DNA of 64,000 bases from Gammaproteobacteria bacterium (GTDB lineage Bacteria; Pseudomonadota; Gammaproteobacteria; Pseudomonadales; Azotimanducaceae), in assembly GCA_002725095.1 (NCBI GenBank), contig PBQQ01000036.1, positions 21,573 to 85,572 of the forward strand. The letters are read 5' to 3'. Below are positions 20,562-30,932 of the stretch, piece after piece (within the stretch, counting starts at the first letter, position 1; every line of letters begins with the position of its first letter). Under the pieces are notes generated by a model. The model worked only from the letters and a program-made list of their open reading frames with translations. It was not told the DNA's origin and did no database searches. Both the position numbers and the translations under genes were made by a program.

Positions 20562-21779
20562 TTGGTGACCAACCCTAAACTTGAATTATTGCAATCCTAT
20601 CCGTTCGAAAAACTAAGGGCGGCTTTAGCAAGCAGCGATTATCAAGGCGATCTCGCGCATATCGCTTTATCCATTGGCGAACCGAAACATCCGCCACCAC
20701 AGTTCGTGATCGACGCCCTCTGCGATGGCAATGCCACAGCTCAGCACCTTGCAACGTATCCAGCAACCCGGGGCAGCGACGGCCTACGCCACGCGGTTTC
20801 TGACTGGTTGCGCAATCGATTCGGCGTAACCGCATCCGCCGAGCAGCATATTTTACCGGTGAACGGCACGCGCGAAGCGCTGTTTGCTTTTGCTCAAGCC
20901 GTGTTGAGCGGACGCCCACAAAGTTTGGTTGGCATGCCCAATCCGTTCTACCAAATTTATGAAGGCGCCGCGTTGCTAGCCGGGGCGCAACCCTATTACA
21001 TGGCGAATACGGCCCATAGCGACTACGCCGCCGACTATGACGCTGTCTCTGACGAAACCTGGGATGCGATGGAGCTGCTGTACATTTGTTCCCCAGGCAA
21101 TCCGACCGGGCACTTAATCAGCGACGTGCAGATGCAGCGGTTAATCGAGCGGGCGCACCGCCACGACTTTATTATTGCTGCAGACGAATGTTATTCGGAG
21201 ATTTACTTCTCTGAACAGAACCGCCCGAGCAGCCTGCTCGCCGCAAGTGAGGCGATGGGCAACAAAGAGTTTGCGCGTTGCGTGGTGTTTCACAGCTTGT
21301 CGAAGCGCTCTAATCTTCCGGGCTTGCGCAGCGGCTTCGTCGCCGGCGACGCCGGCATCATTGAAAAATTCTTGCTTTACCGGACCTACCACGGTTGCGC
21401 CATGGGCACACACCAGCAATATGCCAGCACTCTGGCTTGGCAGGACGAGGCTCACGTCCGAGAAAATCGAGCGCTGTATCAGGAAAAATTCCAGGCCGTG
21501 ACCGACGTATTGCAAGCGCATTACGACCTCCAGCAGCCCGACGGCGGCTTTTATCATTGGCTGCCTACCCCAACAAACGATTTAAGCTTTTGTCAGTCTT
21601 TATATGCCCAACAACACATCACGGTAATGCCGGGTTCGTTTCTGGGCCGCGACCAAGCCATGCTCGGCAATCCTGGAGCCAACCGCGTGCGTGTCGCTTG
21701 GGTGGCGCCAATGGCCGCATGCGTGGACGCGGCACATCGGCTCGCCGAGTTTGCCGATCGAGTAGGCAATGACTCATGA
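20562..21779 (+). CDS. dapC: Succinyldiaminopimelate transaminase
   Basis: YPFEKL, LSIGEPKH, NGTREALF, SLSKRSNLPGLRSG, YRTYHG; glnD-dapC-dapD synteny. Confidence 0.93.
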   Translation: MVTNPKLELLQSYPFEKLRAALASSDYQGDLAHIALSIGEPKHPPPQFVIDALCDGNATAQHLATYPATRGSDGLRHAVSDWLRNRFGVTASAEQHILPVNGTREALFAFAQAVLSGRPQSLVGMPNPFYQIYEGAALLAGAQPYYMANTAHSDYAADYDAVSDETWDAMELLYICSPGNPTGHLISDVQMQRLIERAHRHDFIIAADECYSEIYFSEQNRPSSLLAASEAMGNKEFARCVVFHSLSKRSNLPGLRSGFVAGDAGIIEKFLLYRTYHGCAMGTHQQYASTLAWQDEAHVRENRALYQEKFQAVTDVLQAHYDLQQPDGGFYHWLPTPTNDLSFCQSLYAQQHITVMPGSFLGRDQAMLGNPGANRVRVAWVAPMAACVDAAHRLAEFADRVGNDS

Positions 21780-21886
21780 CTTGTCACAACGTCCCCGCAA
21801 CATAATCCCTTGCTGTAGTATTATCCGCCGCTGGCCTTGTTGCGCCTAGGCGCATAACTCCAACAATCATTTAACGCGAGATAAAA

Positions 21887-22888
21887 ATGACAGATATTTT
21901 TGCTTTCGGTCTCGGTGTAGCCCGATACAGCGACGGCGGCACCATGTTGGACTGTTTTTACCCTCGCCCGTTGCTCAAGCCTGCGGGCGAACTTGCCCAA
22001 ATCATCGCCGAGCTACCAACAGGCACGAGCGAGATCAATTCAGACCGAGCACAGAAGCTAGATCAGGTTTATGGCGGCGGCTTGATCTCTAAAAAATTGA
22101 TCGAATCGACTCAACATTTGGTTGCCGTTCGACTTGAAGAAGACACAGCGATCGCCAGCACCGCCGAGGCGTATCTAAAACTGCACTTGCTGTCCCACCG
22201 TTTATGTCTACCGAACAGCCTCAATCTGGACGGTATATTCGCGCATTTGCCCAATATTGCCTGGACGTCAGCTGGGCCTATCGCGGTGGAGGAGTTGCCT
22301 GACGCGATCGCGCAAGCGCATATCGACAACACGCAACTGGAGGTGTTTGCCGTTGATAAATTCCCAAAAATGGTCAATTACGTGGTGCCTGCAGGGGTTC
22401 GGATCGCGGATGCCAGCCGTATCCGTTTAGGCGCATACCTTGGCGACGGCACCACCGTCATGCACGAGGGCTTTGTAAACTTTAATGCGGGAGCACTTGG
22501 GCCAAACATGGTCGAAGGCCGAATTTCGCAGGGCGTGACGTTAGGATCAGGGAGTGACCTAGGCGGCAGCGCGAGCACCATGGGCACCCTCTCGGGCGGC
22601 GGCAATATAAAAATCAGCATTGGTGAGAACTGTCTGATCGGCGCTAACGCGGGCACCGGTATCCCACTGGGCGACCGCTGCACCATTGAGGCGGGCCTAT
22701 ACATTACTGCTGGCATGGGCGTGTCCTTGGTCGATGAACAAGGCACGGTGCTGGGCAGCGTTAAAGCTCGGGAACTCGCTGGCAAGTCAGACATGTTGTT
22801 CATTCGCGACAGCCAGAACGGCAACATAATCTGTCGCACTAACCGCAAAGCCATTGAACTTAATGACCAGTTACACAAGCACAACTGA
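21887..22888 (+). CDS. dapD: Tetrahydrodipicolinate N-succinyltransferase (long Pseudomonas/actinobacterial type)
   Basis: AYLKLHLLSHRL, VDKFPKM..YVVP.GVRIAD, TTVMHEGFVNFNAG, LN..LH.HN C-terminus. Confidence 0.96.
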   Translation: MTDIFAFGLGVARYSDGGTMLDCFYPRPLLKPAGELAQIIAELPTGTSEINSDRAQKLDQVYGGGLISKKLIESTQHLVAVRLEEDTAIASTAEAYLKLHLLSHRLCLPNSLNLDGIFAHLPNIAWTSAGPIAVEELPDAIAQAHIDNTQLEVFAVDKFPKMVNYVVPAGVRIADASRIRLGAYLGDGTTVMHEGFVNFNAGALGPNMVEGRISQGVTLGSGSDLGGSASTMGTLSGGGNIKISIGENCLIGANAGTGIPLGDRCTIEAGLYITAGMGVSLVDEQGTVLGSVKARELAGKSDMLFIRDSQNGNIICRTNRKAIELNDQLHKHN

Positions 22889-22896
22889 CAGCGCAG

Positions 22897-24069
22897 ATGG
22901 ACGCCAGTAACCCTGTTCTAGATCTGACCTGCGAACTCATTCGGCGAGTTTCAGTAACACCGGAGGACGCTGGTTGTCAGGAAATAATCGGCCAACGTCT
23001 AAGCAAATTAGGGTTTACGCTGCGCCAACTCAACGCCCACGGCGTTCACAACCTATGGGCCAGCTATGGCCACGGGGGGCCGCACTTATTGTTCGCAGGG
23101 CATACTGACGTTGTACCCTCCGGACCCTTGGCAGACTGGCACAGCCCGCCCTTCGAACCCACGGTAGCAGATGACTTACTGGTCGGTCGCGGCGCCGCTG
23201 ACATGAAGTCGAGCCTCGCCGCCATGTTGGTAGCCGTGGAAAACCACCTTGAGCACGCGCCCAAGATGGCTGGCACCTTGAGTTTTCTGATTACCAGTGA
23301 TGAAGAAGGCGACGCCATCCACGGCACCGCTCATGCCATCCGCGAACTCAACGCAGAGGGTATCCGCCCGGACTTTTGCATCGTCGGAGAACCCAGTTCA
23401 GACCAACAACTGGGTGATGTCGTACGCTGTGGCAGACGCGGTTCGTTAAATGCGCGCCTGACTGTACATGGTGTGCAGGGCCATGTGGCCTACCCAAACG
23501 ACGCCGACAATCCGATTCATAATGCGATGCCGTTACTCGCTGCTCTGGCCGCAACCGTCTGGGATCAGGGTAATGACTTTTATCCACCTACATCGCTACA
23601 GATCTCGAACATCCAGTCGGGCACTGGCGCGAGCAATGTTATTCCCGGCAGCTTAACGGCCGACTTTAATCTGCGCTTTAATACGGAGCAAACCGCCAAA
23701 AGGCTAAAAACCCAGATCGAAGGTGTTTTTAAATCCGCCGGTTTGCAATTCGACATATCTTGGCATCTTTCCGGCGAACCGTTCCTAACGCAACCCGGGC
23801 GCCTCAGCGCTGCTGTGGACAGTGCAATTCGCGCAGAAACCGGCTTAACAACCGAGATGAGCACCTCGGGTGGCACGTCTGACGGACGTTTTATTGCACC
23901 CTGGGCAAATCACCCTCAGGGTCCGGTGGAGGTGATCGAGCTTGGGCCCGTCAACGCCACCATCCATAAAGTCAACGAATCGGTCCGCATCAATGACCTA
24001 CAGCCGCTAACGCGCATATACACCGGCATCATTGAGCGCATATTCGCGGCCACCAAGAACATACCGTGA
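22897..24069 (+). CDS. dapE: Succinyl-diaminopimelate desuccinylase
   Basis: FAGHTDVVP, GRGAADMK, TSDEEG, GEPSS, GRRGS, GGTSDGRF, TIHK. Confidence 0.97.
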   Translation: MDASNPVLDLTCELIRRVSVTPEDAGCQEIIGQRLSKLGFTLRQLNAHGVHNLWASYGHGGPHLLFAGHTDVVPSGPLADWHSPPFEPTVADDLLVGRGAADMKSSLAAMLVAVENHLEHAPKMAGTLSFLITSDEEGDAIHGTAHAIRELNAEGIRPDFCIVGEPSSDQQLGDVVRCGRRGSLNARLTVHGVQGHVAYPNDADNPIHNAMPLLAALAATVWDQGNDFYPPTSLQISNIQSGTGASNVIPGSLTADFNLRFNTEQTAKRLKTQIEGVFKSAGLQFDISWHLSGEPFLTQPGRLSAAVDSAIRAETGLTTEMSTSGGTSDGRFIAPWANHPQGPVEVIELGPVNATIHKVNESVRINDLQPLTRIYTGIIERIFAATKNIP

Positions 24070-24836
24070 AGCGATTTGTACTTATTACAGTCTTAGTTCT
24101 GCTTGTGGGTCTGCCGCTAGGCATCGCCTCTTTGCCGGCCAGTCTGGCAAAATACGCTGTTGCCAGATCACCGGCCGTCGACGCCATTCGCTACGGCGGC
24201 TCTATCTGGAATGGTCGAGCCACAATCATTATTCGAGGCGGCCCAACCGGAGAACTGCAGTGGCACCTAAGCCAACTCCGCGATGACGAAAGCACCGCCC
24301 CCCTAAACCTGCAACCCACCTTTGACTGGTCGTTTACCAATACCGAAATCCAGCTCGCTGGTCGCATTGGCCTCGGTCAATCGGCCGCGACACTGCGAAC
24401 CGAAGGAATAATAAACAGCGCTGCGATCGCGTCGGTCTTGAATCCATTCGACATCTTTCTAAGTGGCGACTTTAGGCTGTCTCCGAGTCTGGTGCGCGCG
24501 CCCTACAACACTCGCTCTTTAGCGCAACTTGATTTAGCCGACCCGCTCGAACTGACTTGGAGTGGCGGACAGGTGAGCTACATTCTTGCAAACCAGTTCA
24601 ACCAAATTGCTTTACCGGGTCTGAAGGCACGCTTGATGAACGAACAGAATCTTGGCGCCACCGCGACGATTTCACCGATATCGAGCCCGGCGCAACTATT
24701 GGATTTAACCCTGCGCACCGACGGTTGGGTGCATATACGACTGCGTCGGCGGTTTTTTGATCTAATGGACCAGCCTTGGCCTAGTAATCAAGCAGCTGAT
24801 GAGATCGTGATGGAAATTGAGCGCCAGATTCTCTAG
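24066..24836 (+). CDS. gspN: Type II secretion system protein N-like
   Basis: N-terminal TM anchor then LPAS, GSIWNG.A, G.LQW pattern of the T2SS-N family; directly upstream of gspC-gspD; GTGA overlap with dapE. Confidence 0.7.
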   Translation: MKRFVLITVLVLLVGLPLGIASLPASLAKYAVARSPAVDAIRYGGSIWNGRATIIIRGGPTGELQWHLSQLRDDESTAPLNLQPTFDWSFTNTEIQLAGRIGLGQSAATLRTEGIINSAAIASVLNPFDIFLSGDFRLSPSLVRAPYNTRSLAQLDLADPLELTWSGGQVSYILANQFNQIALPGLKARLMNEQNLGATATISPISSPAQLLDLTLRTDGWVHIRLRRRFFDLMDQPWPSNQAADEIVMEIERQIL

Positions 24837-24952
24837 CGCTTGCGCCGCATTCTGGCCGCGTATTTTCGGTGGTAATTTGCGGTGGAATTCGGACAATGCT
24901 CCGTCACCCCGTTGCTAACAGACGGATGCGGAGCCGATTTTAAGAAAACGCC

Positions 24953-25849
24953 ATGTCGATGATTGAGTACGCAGTAAAATTTGCAGCACCAGCGCGCTGG
25001 ATTTTGATCCTTGGCATCGTCGCGACCGTCATAAATACAGCGCGAAACCTTATCTACCTGCCCGAGAGCCCAGCAACAACTTCAACACAGACAAAAGCGA
25101 CCACCACCACGGCCGGTGCATCCGGGGCAATTGATGTGAACGCGCTGGTTAATTTACATCTTTTTGGCCGACCCACTCGCGAAGGCGGTGCTGTGCCACA
25201 AAGCGTTGCCAATGCACAAGCAACCCGCCTGCCATTGGAACTGAAAGCGGTTTTTGCAGCGTCTGAAAACCCATTTTCGGCGGCAATCATCGGCCAGCGG
25301 GGGCAGCGTGCGCGCTTGTACACCGTTGGCGAGAGCGTGCCCGGTAACGCAATACTGGCAGAGGTCTATCCGCAACAAGTATTGCTGAGACGCGCAGGAC
25401 AACTCGAATCACTGGCGTTCCCGGAAAGCACATACAAGGCCAGCAGTAAATCGGCAACCCAGGTTACCGAGAGCGCAGCGGCAACAGCACCGAATAACTC
25501 ACCGACTTTAACCAGTCGAGCATCCGTGCAATCAAAAATTGCTGAGAGCGCTGACCCCCTGCCTCAACAGCTCGTAGCCGATCCGCAAGCGGCAATCGAC
25601 GACCTTGGCCTAACCGCAGATTCAAGCGGCGGCTACAAAGTGGGCGACGTGGCCAACTCACCATACTTTCAGTCCTCTGGACTCAAGCGCGGCGACATCA
25701 TCTTTTCGATCAACGGTAGCCCAATGAGCAATGTGAAAAACGATAAGGCATTGCTTGCAGAGATTATGACCAGTGGCAGAGCACGATTAGAGGTAATGCG
25801 CAATAATCAGCGCTTCGTTATCACCGCTTCCATTCCAACCCCCAGATAA
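24953..25849 (+). CDS. gspC: Type II secretion system protein C with C-terminal PDZ domain
   Basis: TM, HLFG, T.LPLELKAVF, Y.VGE.VPGNA.L.EVY..V.L.R.G..E.L.F (HR domain), GLKRGDII.SING (PDZ). Confidence 0.88.
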   Translation: MSMIEYAVKFAAPARWILILGIVATVINTARNLIYLPESPATTSTQTKATTTTAGASGAIDVNALVNLHLFGRPTREGGAVPQSVANAQATRLPLELKAVFAASENPFSAAIIGQRGQRARLYTVGESVPGNAILAEVYPQQVLLRRAGQLESLAFPESTYKASSKSATQVTESAAATAPNNSPTLTSRASVQSKIAESADPLPQQLVADPQAAIDDLGLTADSSGGYKVGDVANSPYFQSSGLKRGDIIFSINGSPMSNVKNDKALLAEIMTSGRARLEVMRNNQRFVITASIPTPR

Positions 25850-25852
25850 TTC

Positions 25853-27790
25853 ATGAGTAATTGCCTAATGCACCATCGCACAGCGTTAACAACCCTATTG
25901 GTTATAGGCTTAGCCTTTTCGCCGGTTCACTTTTCGAGCGCACAAAGTGCCGAAGAACAAACTTGGCAGATGGCCACCAAGGGAGCCAACATCCAAGAGT
26001 TCGTCGCGCAAGTGGCGAGAATCACCGGCAAGACCTTCATCGTCGATCCCAAGTTGAAGGGCCAAGTGACCGTGATCTCCGATACGCCATTAGGCAAAGA
26101 CGGCGTGTATGCGCTGTTTCTGAGCGTATTGCGACTGCAAAACTATACCGCCGTGCCGTCTGGTGACGTGATCCGAATCCAGCAAAGTGCAACAGGCAAA
26201 CAAACCCCTGGGGTACTTGGCCGACCTGAAGCCGCCGCCCCCGAAGAATTAATGACCGAAGTGATCGCGGTACAAAACACCGCATCAGATGAATTACTCA
26301 AGCTATTGCGGCCGCTGATCCCCCAGTACGGTCATATCGGCAGTGTGACTAACCCGAATGTGGTGATTATTTCCGATCACGCCGACAATATCCTGCGTCT
26401 AAAAAAGCTTATTCGCGAAATCGATGTCGCCGATGAAGACGAAGTGGTCATGGTGGCGTTAGAAGAAGCGTGGGTGGGTAGCGTCGCCGCGATCCTAGAA
26501 AAAGTCGCGCCGGATCAAATAGGCAGCGCGGCAAAGGGACCTACGAAGGTTCAGGTTATTGCGAACGAACGCAACAACTCACTGGTGCTGCGCGGTAAAC
26601 CACGCCCCATAGCCGAAGTCATGAAGATCATCGACAAACTGGATCGACCCGCCACCACTACAGACTCTACTCAGGTGGTTTTGTTGAGCCACGCAGACGC
26701 GGAGAACATCAGCAAGATACTAACCAGCGTTGTCGGACAGTCTTCCAAGGGCGACCAAAAATCCAATCAAGACGTTACTATTGCTGCTGACACTACGCTT
26801 AATGCAATTGTTGTTAAGGCAGACCCCGGCACGATGAGCGAGATTCTGGCGCTGCTGGAAAAGCTGGATACACCCCGCGCTCAGGTCATGATCGAAGCTG
26901 CGATCGTGGAAGTCGCCATAGATGAAGGCAGTTCGCTTGGGGTAGAAATGGCGGCAGGCGATCAACGCGGCAACAGCGCACCGCTGGTCAGCACCAGCCT
27001 GAGTGGTGTTATCGGCAGCCTTCTGGCCGGCGCGATCAGCGATGGCGACAATCAAATAAGTGTCCTCGAAGGCTTGGCGTCGCTGACATCACCGACTTTA
27101 GCCGGGGCAAAAATCAACACCGACGGCGTGTCATTCGGCGCGGTAGTAAACGCCCTGGCGAACAATACCGACGCTAACCTCCTTTCCACGCCCAGCATTC
27201 TGACCCTCGACAACCAAGAGGCAAAAATCTTGGTAGGCCGTGAAGTGCCCTTTAGATCAGGTTCATTTTCGACAACGGGTGACGGCGCCAGCAACCCTTT
27301 CACCACAGTGAATCGGCAAGACGTCGGGATTGAACTGGTGGTCACGCCGCACGTCTTCGAGAACAACGACGTGCGCATGGAAATTTCGCAAAAAATCACC
27401 AATGTCATTAATACGCCGGTCGGCGGCTCAGCCTTTGCGGACGTTGTGACCTCCAAGCGCACGATTGAAACCACCGTGCTGGCGGCGGATGGGCAAACCA
27501 TAGTGCTGGGTGGACTGATTCAGGACGACGTTAACAGCACCAATGCTCGCGTGCCCGTATTGGGCAAGATTCCGCTATTGGGCGCGCTGTTTCGAACCAC
27601 GACTAACGAGCGCACTAAAACCAACTTATTGGTCTTCCTGCGACCAACGATCTTACAAAACACTGAAAATTCCACCCAACTGAGCCTAGAACGATATCAG
27701 CAAATATGGGAGTTGGATCAGCAAAAAACCTCTCAACCCCCCTCGGTTGATGATTTAGATGGTTTATACAGCGGCCAACGACCAGAATAA
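25853..27790 (+). CDS. gspD: Type II secretion system secretin
   Basis: N0 (ITGKTFIVDP..KG.VTVIS), N1-N3 domains, QVMIEAAIVEV, LSTPSILTLDNQEA.I.VG.EVP, GGLI, VP.LG.IP.LG.LFR. Confidence 0.95.
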   Translation: MSNCLMHHRTALTTLLVIGLAFSPVHFSSAQSAEEQTWQMATKGANIQEFVAQVARITGKTFIVDPKLKGQVTVISDTPLGKDGVYALFLSVLRLQNYTAVPSGDVIRIQQSATGKQTPGVLGRPEAAAPEELMTEVIAVQNTASDELLKLLRPLIPQYGHIGSVTNPNVVIISDHADNILRLKKLIREIDVADEDEVVMVALEEAWVGSVAAILEKVAPDQIGSAAKGPTKVQVIANERNNSLVLRGKPRPIAEVMKIIDKLDRPATTTDSTQVVLLSHADAENISKILTSVVGQSSKGDQKSNQDVTIAADTTLNAIVVKADPGTMSEILALLEKLDTPRAQVMIEAAIVEVAIDEGSSLGVEMAAGDQRGNSAPLVSTSLSGVIGSLLAGAISDGDNQISVLEGLASLTSPTLAGAKINTDGVSFGAVVNALANNTDANLLSTPSILTLDNQEAKILVGREVPFRSGSFSTTGDGASNPFTTVNRQDVGIELVVTPHVFENNDVRMEISQKITNVINTPVGGSAFADVVTSKRTIETTVLAADGQTIVLGGLIQDDVNSTNARVPVLGKIPLLGALFRTTTNERTKTNLLVFLRPTILQNTENSTQLSLERYQQIWELDQQKTSQPPSVDDLDGLYSGQRPE

Positions 27791-27823
27791 CGCGAGCGCT
27801 CTGCCGCAACGATTGAGGCCATC

Positions 27824-30190
27824 ATGAGAGTGCTGTATGGCTTATATTATCGGGTTATCCGCCGGCTAACCCAGCCTTCGCTAAGCGGCCAAGTGGCTTT
27901 AGACCCCGACAGCGAAGTCGTCTACGTTCAATCCCAACGTGTTCTCTCGGATCTTTTTATCCTAGACCTGGCCATCCGTGGCAGCGGCTACCCGTCGCCC
28001 TTAAGCTCGCTGGAATTCGACGAATGGCAATTAACCCGACGCACGTTTGCGCTGCGACGACCGGTGGCTGGCCGCATGACCATGCAGACATATTCGCAAC
28101 GCATGCTCAGCCTTGTTGACGCGCCCACAGCAATTCAGCGCAACATCGTCATCATCCCATTTACCGTTTTCTGGGGGCGCTCATTGGCCCCCAAAGGCAG
28201 CTGGCTACACGCATTGACCAGCGAGAGCGGTGAGCTTACAGGGCGTTTTAAACGCACCCTGTCACTGCTCGTAAACCGACATGATATCCACGTGCGCTGT
28301 GGCGAACCTATTGCTTTAGCAGACATCGCTAGTTTTTCTAAAGGCCGCGACATCGCGATCCGACGTACCGCACGCTACCTGCGGGTAAAACACCGCCAGC
28401 AGCGCGAGGCCACTCTGGGCCCGCAATTCGCACACCGCAATGCACTCATAGAGACGTTGATTGCCAGCGACCAAGTCCGCAACACCATGCATGAACTGCA
28501 GCTTAAAGGGCACACGTCGTCCAAGCTTGAACGACGAGCACGACGCCACGCCAAATCCGTAGCGGCAAACATGTCCCATGGCAAAATCCGCGTCTTCTTG
28601 TCGCTGCTCACATGGTTTTGGAATCGCCTGTACAGCGGCGTGCATGTCAGCGGCGTAGAGGTATTGGCACAAAGTAGCGATACCCACACACTGATCTATG
28701 TGCCGTCGCATCGCAGCCACGTGGACTACTTAGTACTGAGCTACACGTTATATATGCAAGGCCTGATGATTCCGCACATTGCTGCCGGCGACAATCTAAA
28801 TATGCCTTTGGTGGGGCGGTTTTTACGCGGCGGCGGCGCATTTTTTATGCGCAGAAGTTTTCGCGCAGACCCTCTCTATGCCAGCGTCTTTGCTGAATAT
28901 GTTTATCAGTTAGCGCAACGAGGTCATTGCCTCGAGTTTTTCCCGGAAGGCGGACGCTCACGTACTGGCCGTCTGCTACCGGCAAAGTTTGGGCTGCTAA
29001 AAATGTGCGTGGACAGTCAACTGCGCGGCCTACCCAAGCCATTGGCCTTCGTTCCAGTGTACTTTGGCTATGAAATCGTACTTGAAGGCAGCAGCTACCT
29101 GTCTGAACTGCGCGGCGCCAATAAAAAACGTGAAAATATTTTAGACATTCTTAGCAGCCTCAAACTGATCCGCAAAAACTTCGGCGAATTGCACGTCAAC
29201 TTCGGCGCACCGATAAAACTGGATGATTGGCTCGCCAACCACAAAGATAAGAACTTAGACGATACGCAACTGTTGCCCGGCCTCGGCAGCGATATCATGC
29301 AGGCCATTAACCGCCAAGCGAGCGCCAACCCAATCAACCTAGTAGCCAGCGCTATTCTCACTGCCGATAAACAGGCGATGCCTGAACAACAACTGGTCGC
29401 TCAAATACAGCACCATCGGCAGCTGATTCATGATCTTGGCGGCGACCAACACCTTACCGAGCCCAACACCACACCATTGCAATTAATCCATTGCGCCGAG
29501 CAGCTCGGCTGGCTAAATCGAGAGATACATCCGTTCGGTGACGTACTGTCGCTACAACCCGTCAATGCCGTAATGCTAACTTGGTACCGCAACAACATAG
29601 TGCACTTGCTCGCTTTGCCTTCGTTAATCGCCTGTCTATTGGTTAATCGCAGGCGCGGCATCGCAGCGGAACGCTTAACCGCCAGTGTTGATGTCGTTTA
29701 TCCGTACATCGCTCGGGAGCTAAGCGGCTCCTTAGTCGCAGACACCAACGCAGCGCTAACCTCTATGGAAACATTAGGTCTGGTGCGCAAAGAAGCGGAT
29801 GTTGTCTTGCCCGCGCCGCAACTCAGCGAACAGCGCTTGCCCCTGTTGCTGCTGTCAAAGTTAGTTAACGAGACGCTCGAACGCATGTACATCGTGCTCA
29901 GTCTCGCGCACCACGGCCGGCACACACGCGAAAGCTTGTGCCAACGCAGCCAGGCCGCCGCCCAACAAATTGGGCGACTGCATGGCATAAATGCACCGGA
30001 GTTTTTTGATCAAGGACTTTTCGATGAGTTCGTCGACGCATTGCTGGCAAACCAACATCTGCAAACCGACGAACACGAGCTGTTAGTAACGAACGCGACA
30101 ATCGCGGAAATCTTACATGCTGCGCGCACGGTAATTGACGACAAAATTCGGTTTGCGCTGACACCACTGCTGAATGCCGAGATCGCATAG
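27824..30190 (+). CDS. plsB: Glycerol-3-phosphate 1-O-acyltransferase
   Basis: PSHRSHVDY (HX4D), AAGDNLN, GAFFMRRSF, FPEGGRSRTG, GINAPEFFD. Confidence 0.95.
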   Translation: MRVLYGLYYRVIRRLTQPSLSGQVALDPDSEVVYVQSQRVLSDLFILDLAIRGSGYPSPLSSLEFDEWQLTRRTFALRRPVAGRMTMQTYSQRMLSLVDAPTAIQRNIVIIPFTVFWGRSLAPKGSWLHALTSESGELTGRFKRTLSLLVNRHDIHVRCGEPIALADIASFSKGRDIAIRRTARYLRVKHRQQREATLGPQFAHRNALIETLIASDQVRNTMHELQLKGHTSSKLERRARRHAKSVAANMSHGKIRVFLSLLTWFWNRLYSGVHVSGVEVLAQSSDTHTLIYVPSHRSHVDYLVLSYTLYMQGLMIPHIAAGDNLNMPLVGRFLRGGGAFFMRRSFRADPLYASVFAEYVYQLAQRGHCLEFFPEGGRSRTGRLLPAKFGLLKMCVDSQLRGLPKPLAFVPVYFGYEIVLEGSSYLSELRGANKKRENILDILSSLKLIRKNFGELHVNFGAPIKLDDWLANHKDKNLDDTQLLPGLGSDIMQAINRQASANPINLVASAILTADKQAMPEQQLVAQIQHHRQLIHDLGGDQHLTEPNTTPLQLIHCAEQLGWLNREIHPFGDVLSLQPVNAVMLTWYRNNIVHLLALPSLIACLLVNRRRGIAAERLTASVDVVYPYIARELSGSLVADTNAALTSMETLGLVRKEADVVLPAPQLSEQRLPLLLLSKLVNETLERMYIVLSLAHHGRHTRESLCQRSQAAAQQIGRLHGINAPEFFDQGLFDEFVDALLANQHLQTDEHELLVTNATIAEILHAARTVIDDKIRFALTPLLNAEIA

Positions 30191-30201
30191 AACCAACAGT
30201 A

Positions 30202-30927
30202 TTATTCTGGAAGATAAACATCAAAGCGGATGCTCTTACCCTTAATTTGAAATGCAGACTGCGCGTCCTGAGGGTCTTTCAGGCGCCGTTTGACCACAAC
30301 CCGCGCCAGCGCGCAGCGACGCCCTAAGTGGATTAGCTGCGGCAATATCTCGCCAGCGTCAAGCGCCTGTTCGTCGCTCAGTTCTCGCAGATGCTGCAAG
30401 CCGCGGCTGGGTAATGCGGTTTTGCGTCGCGGCGGGAACATCGGATCCAAATAAATAACATCCCAGCGGTACGGGTCACCCATGAAATCCATACAGTCGC
30501 CGTACTCGACCGTGACTCGGCCCAGCGCCTGGTCAAGATCACGCAACAACAACCACACCAAAGTGTTTTGCTCCACCATAGTGACCGTGCACCCCAGAGT
30601 AGCAAGAGTCATGCCGTCAGTGCCAAATCCGGCGCAGGCATCAAGAATCCGCCGGTGACCCTGAGGCAAACCGCAGGCTTTACCCAACTCACTCAAGTGT
30701 CCGGCCTTGGAGCGTCTTTGCACGCGCTGCCGAGGCAGACGATAGAGGTTCCGATACCCCGGCATTAACAGCCCTAAACCCAATTCATCTAACACCAATA
30801 CAGCTTGCGAACGCGACGACATAAGAAGTTCTGTTAGCGCCGAAGTCTCAATCTCCAACAATTGGCACCAAGGCGTCAACGTCTGCGCGCGCTCGCGTTG
30901 CAGGGGCAAATAAAACAGCGGAGTCAA
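30202..30927 (-). CDS. rsmJ: 16S rRNA m2G1516 methyltransferase (RsmJ/YhiQ family)
   Basis: ILDACAGFGTD SAM motif, VIYLDPMFP, RVVVKR, G..IRFDVY. Confidence 0.88.
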   Translation of the reverse strand: MTPLFYLPLQRERAQTLTPWCQLLEIETSALTELLMSSRSQAVLVLDELGLGLLMPGYRNLYRLPRQRVQRRSKAGHLSELGKACGLPQGHRRILDACAGFGTDGMTLATLGCTVTMVEQNTLVWLLLRDLDQALGRVTVEYGDCMDFMGDPYRWDVIYLDPMFPPRRKTALPSRGLQHLRELSDEQALDAGEILPQLIHLGRRCALARVVVKRRLKDPQDAQSAFQIKGKSIRFDVYLPE

Positions 30928-30932
30928 AATGG

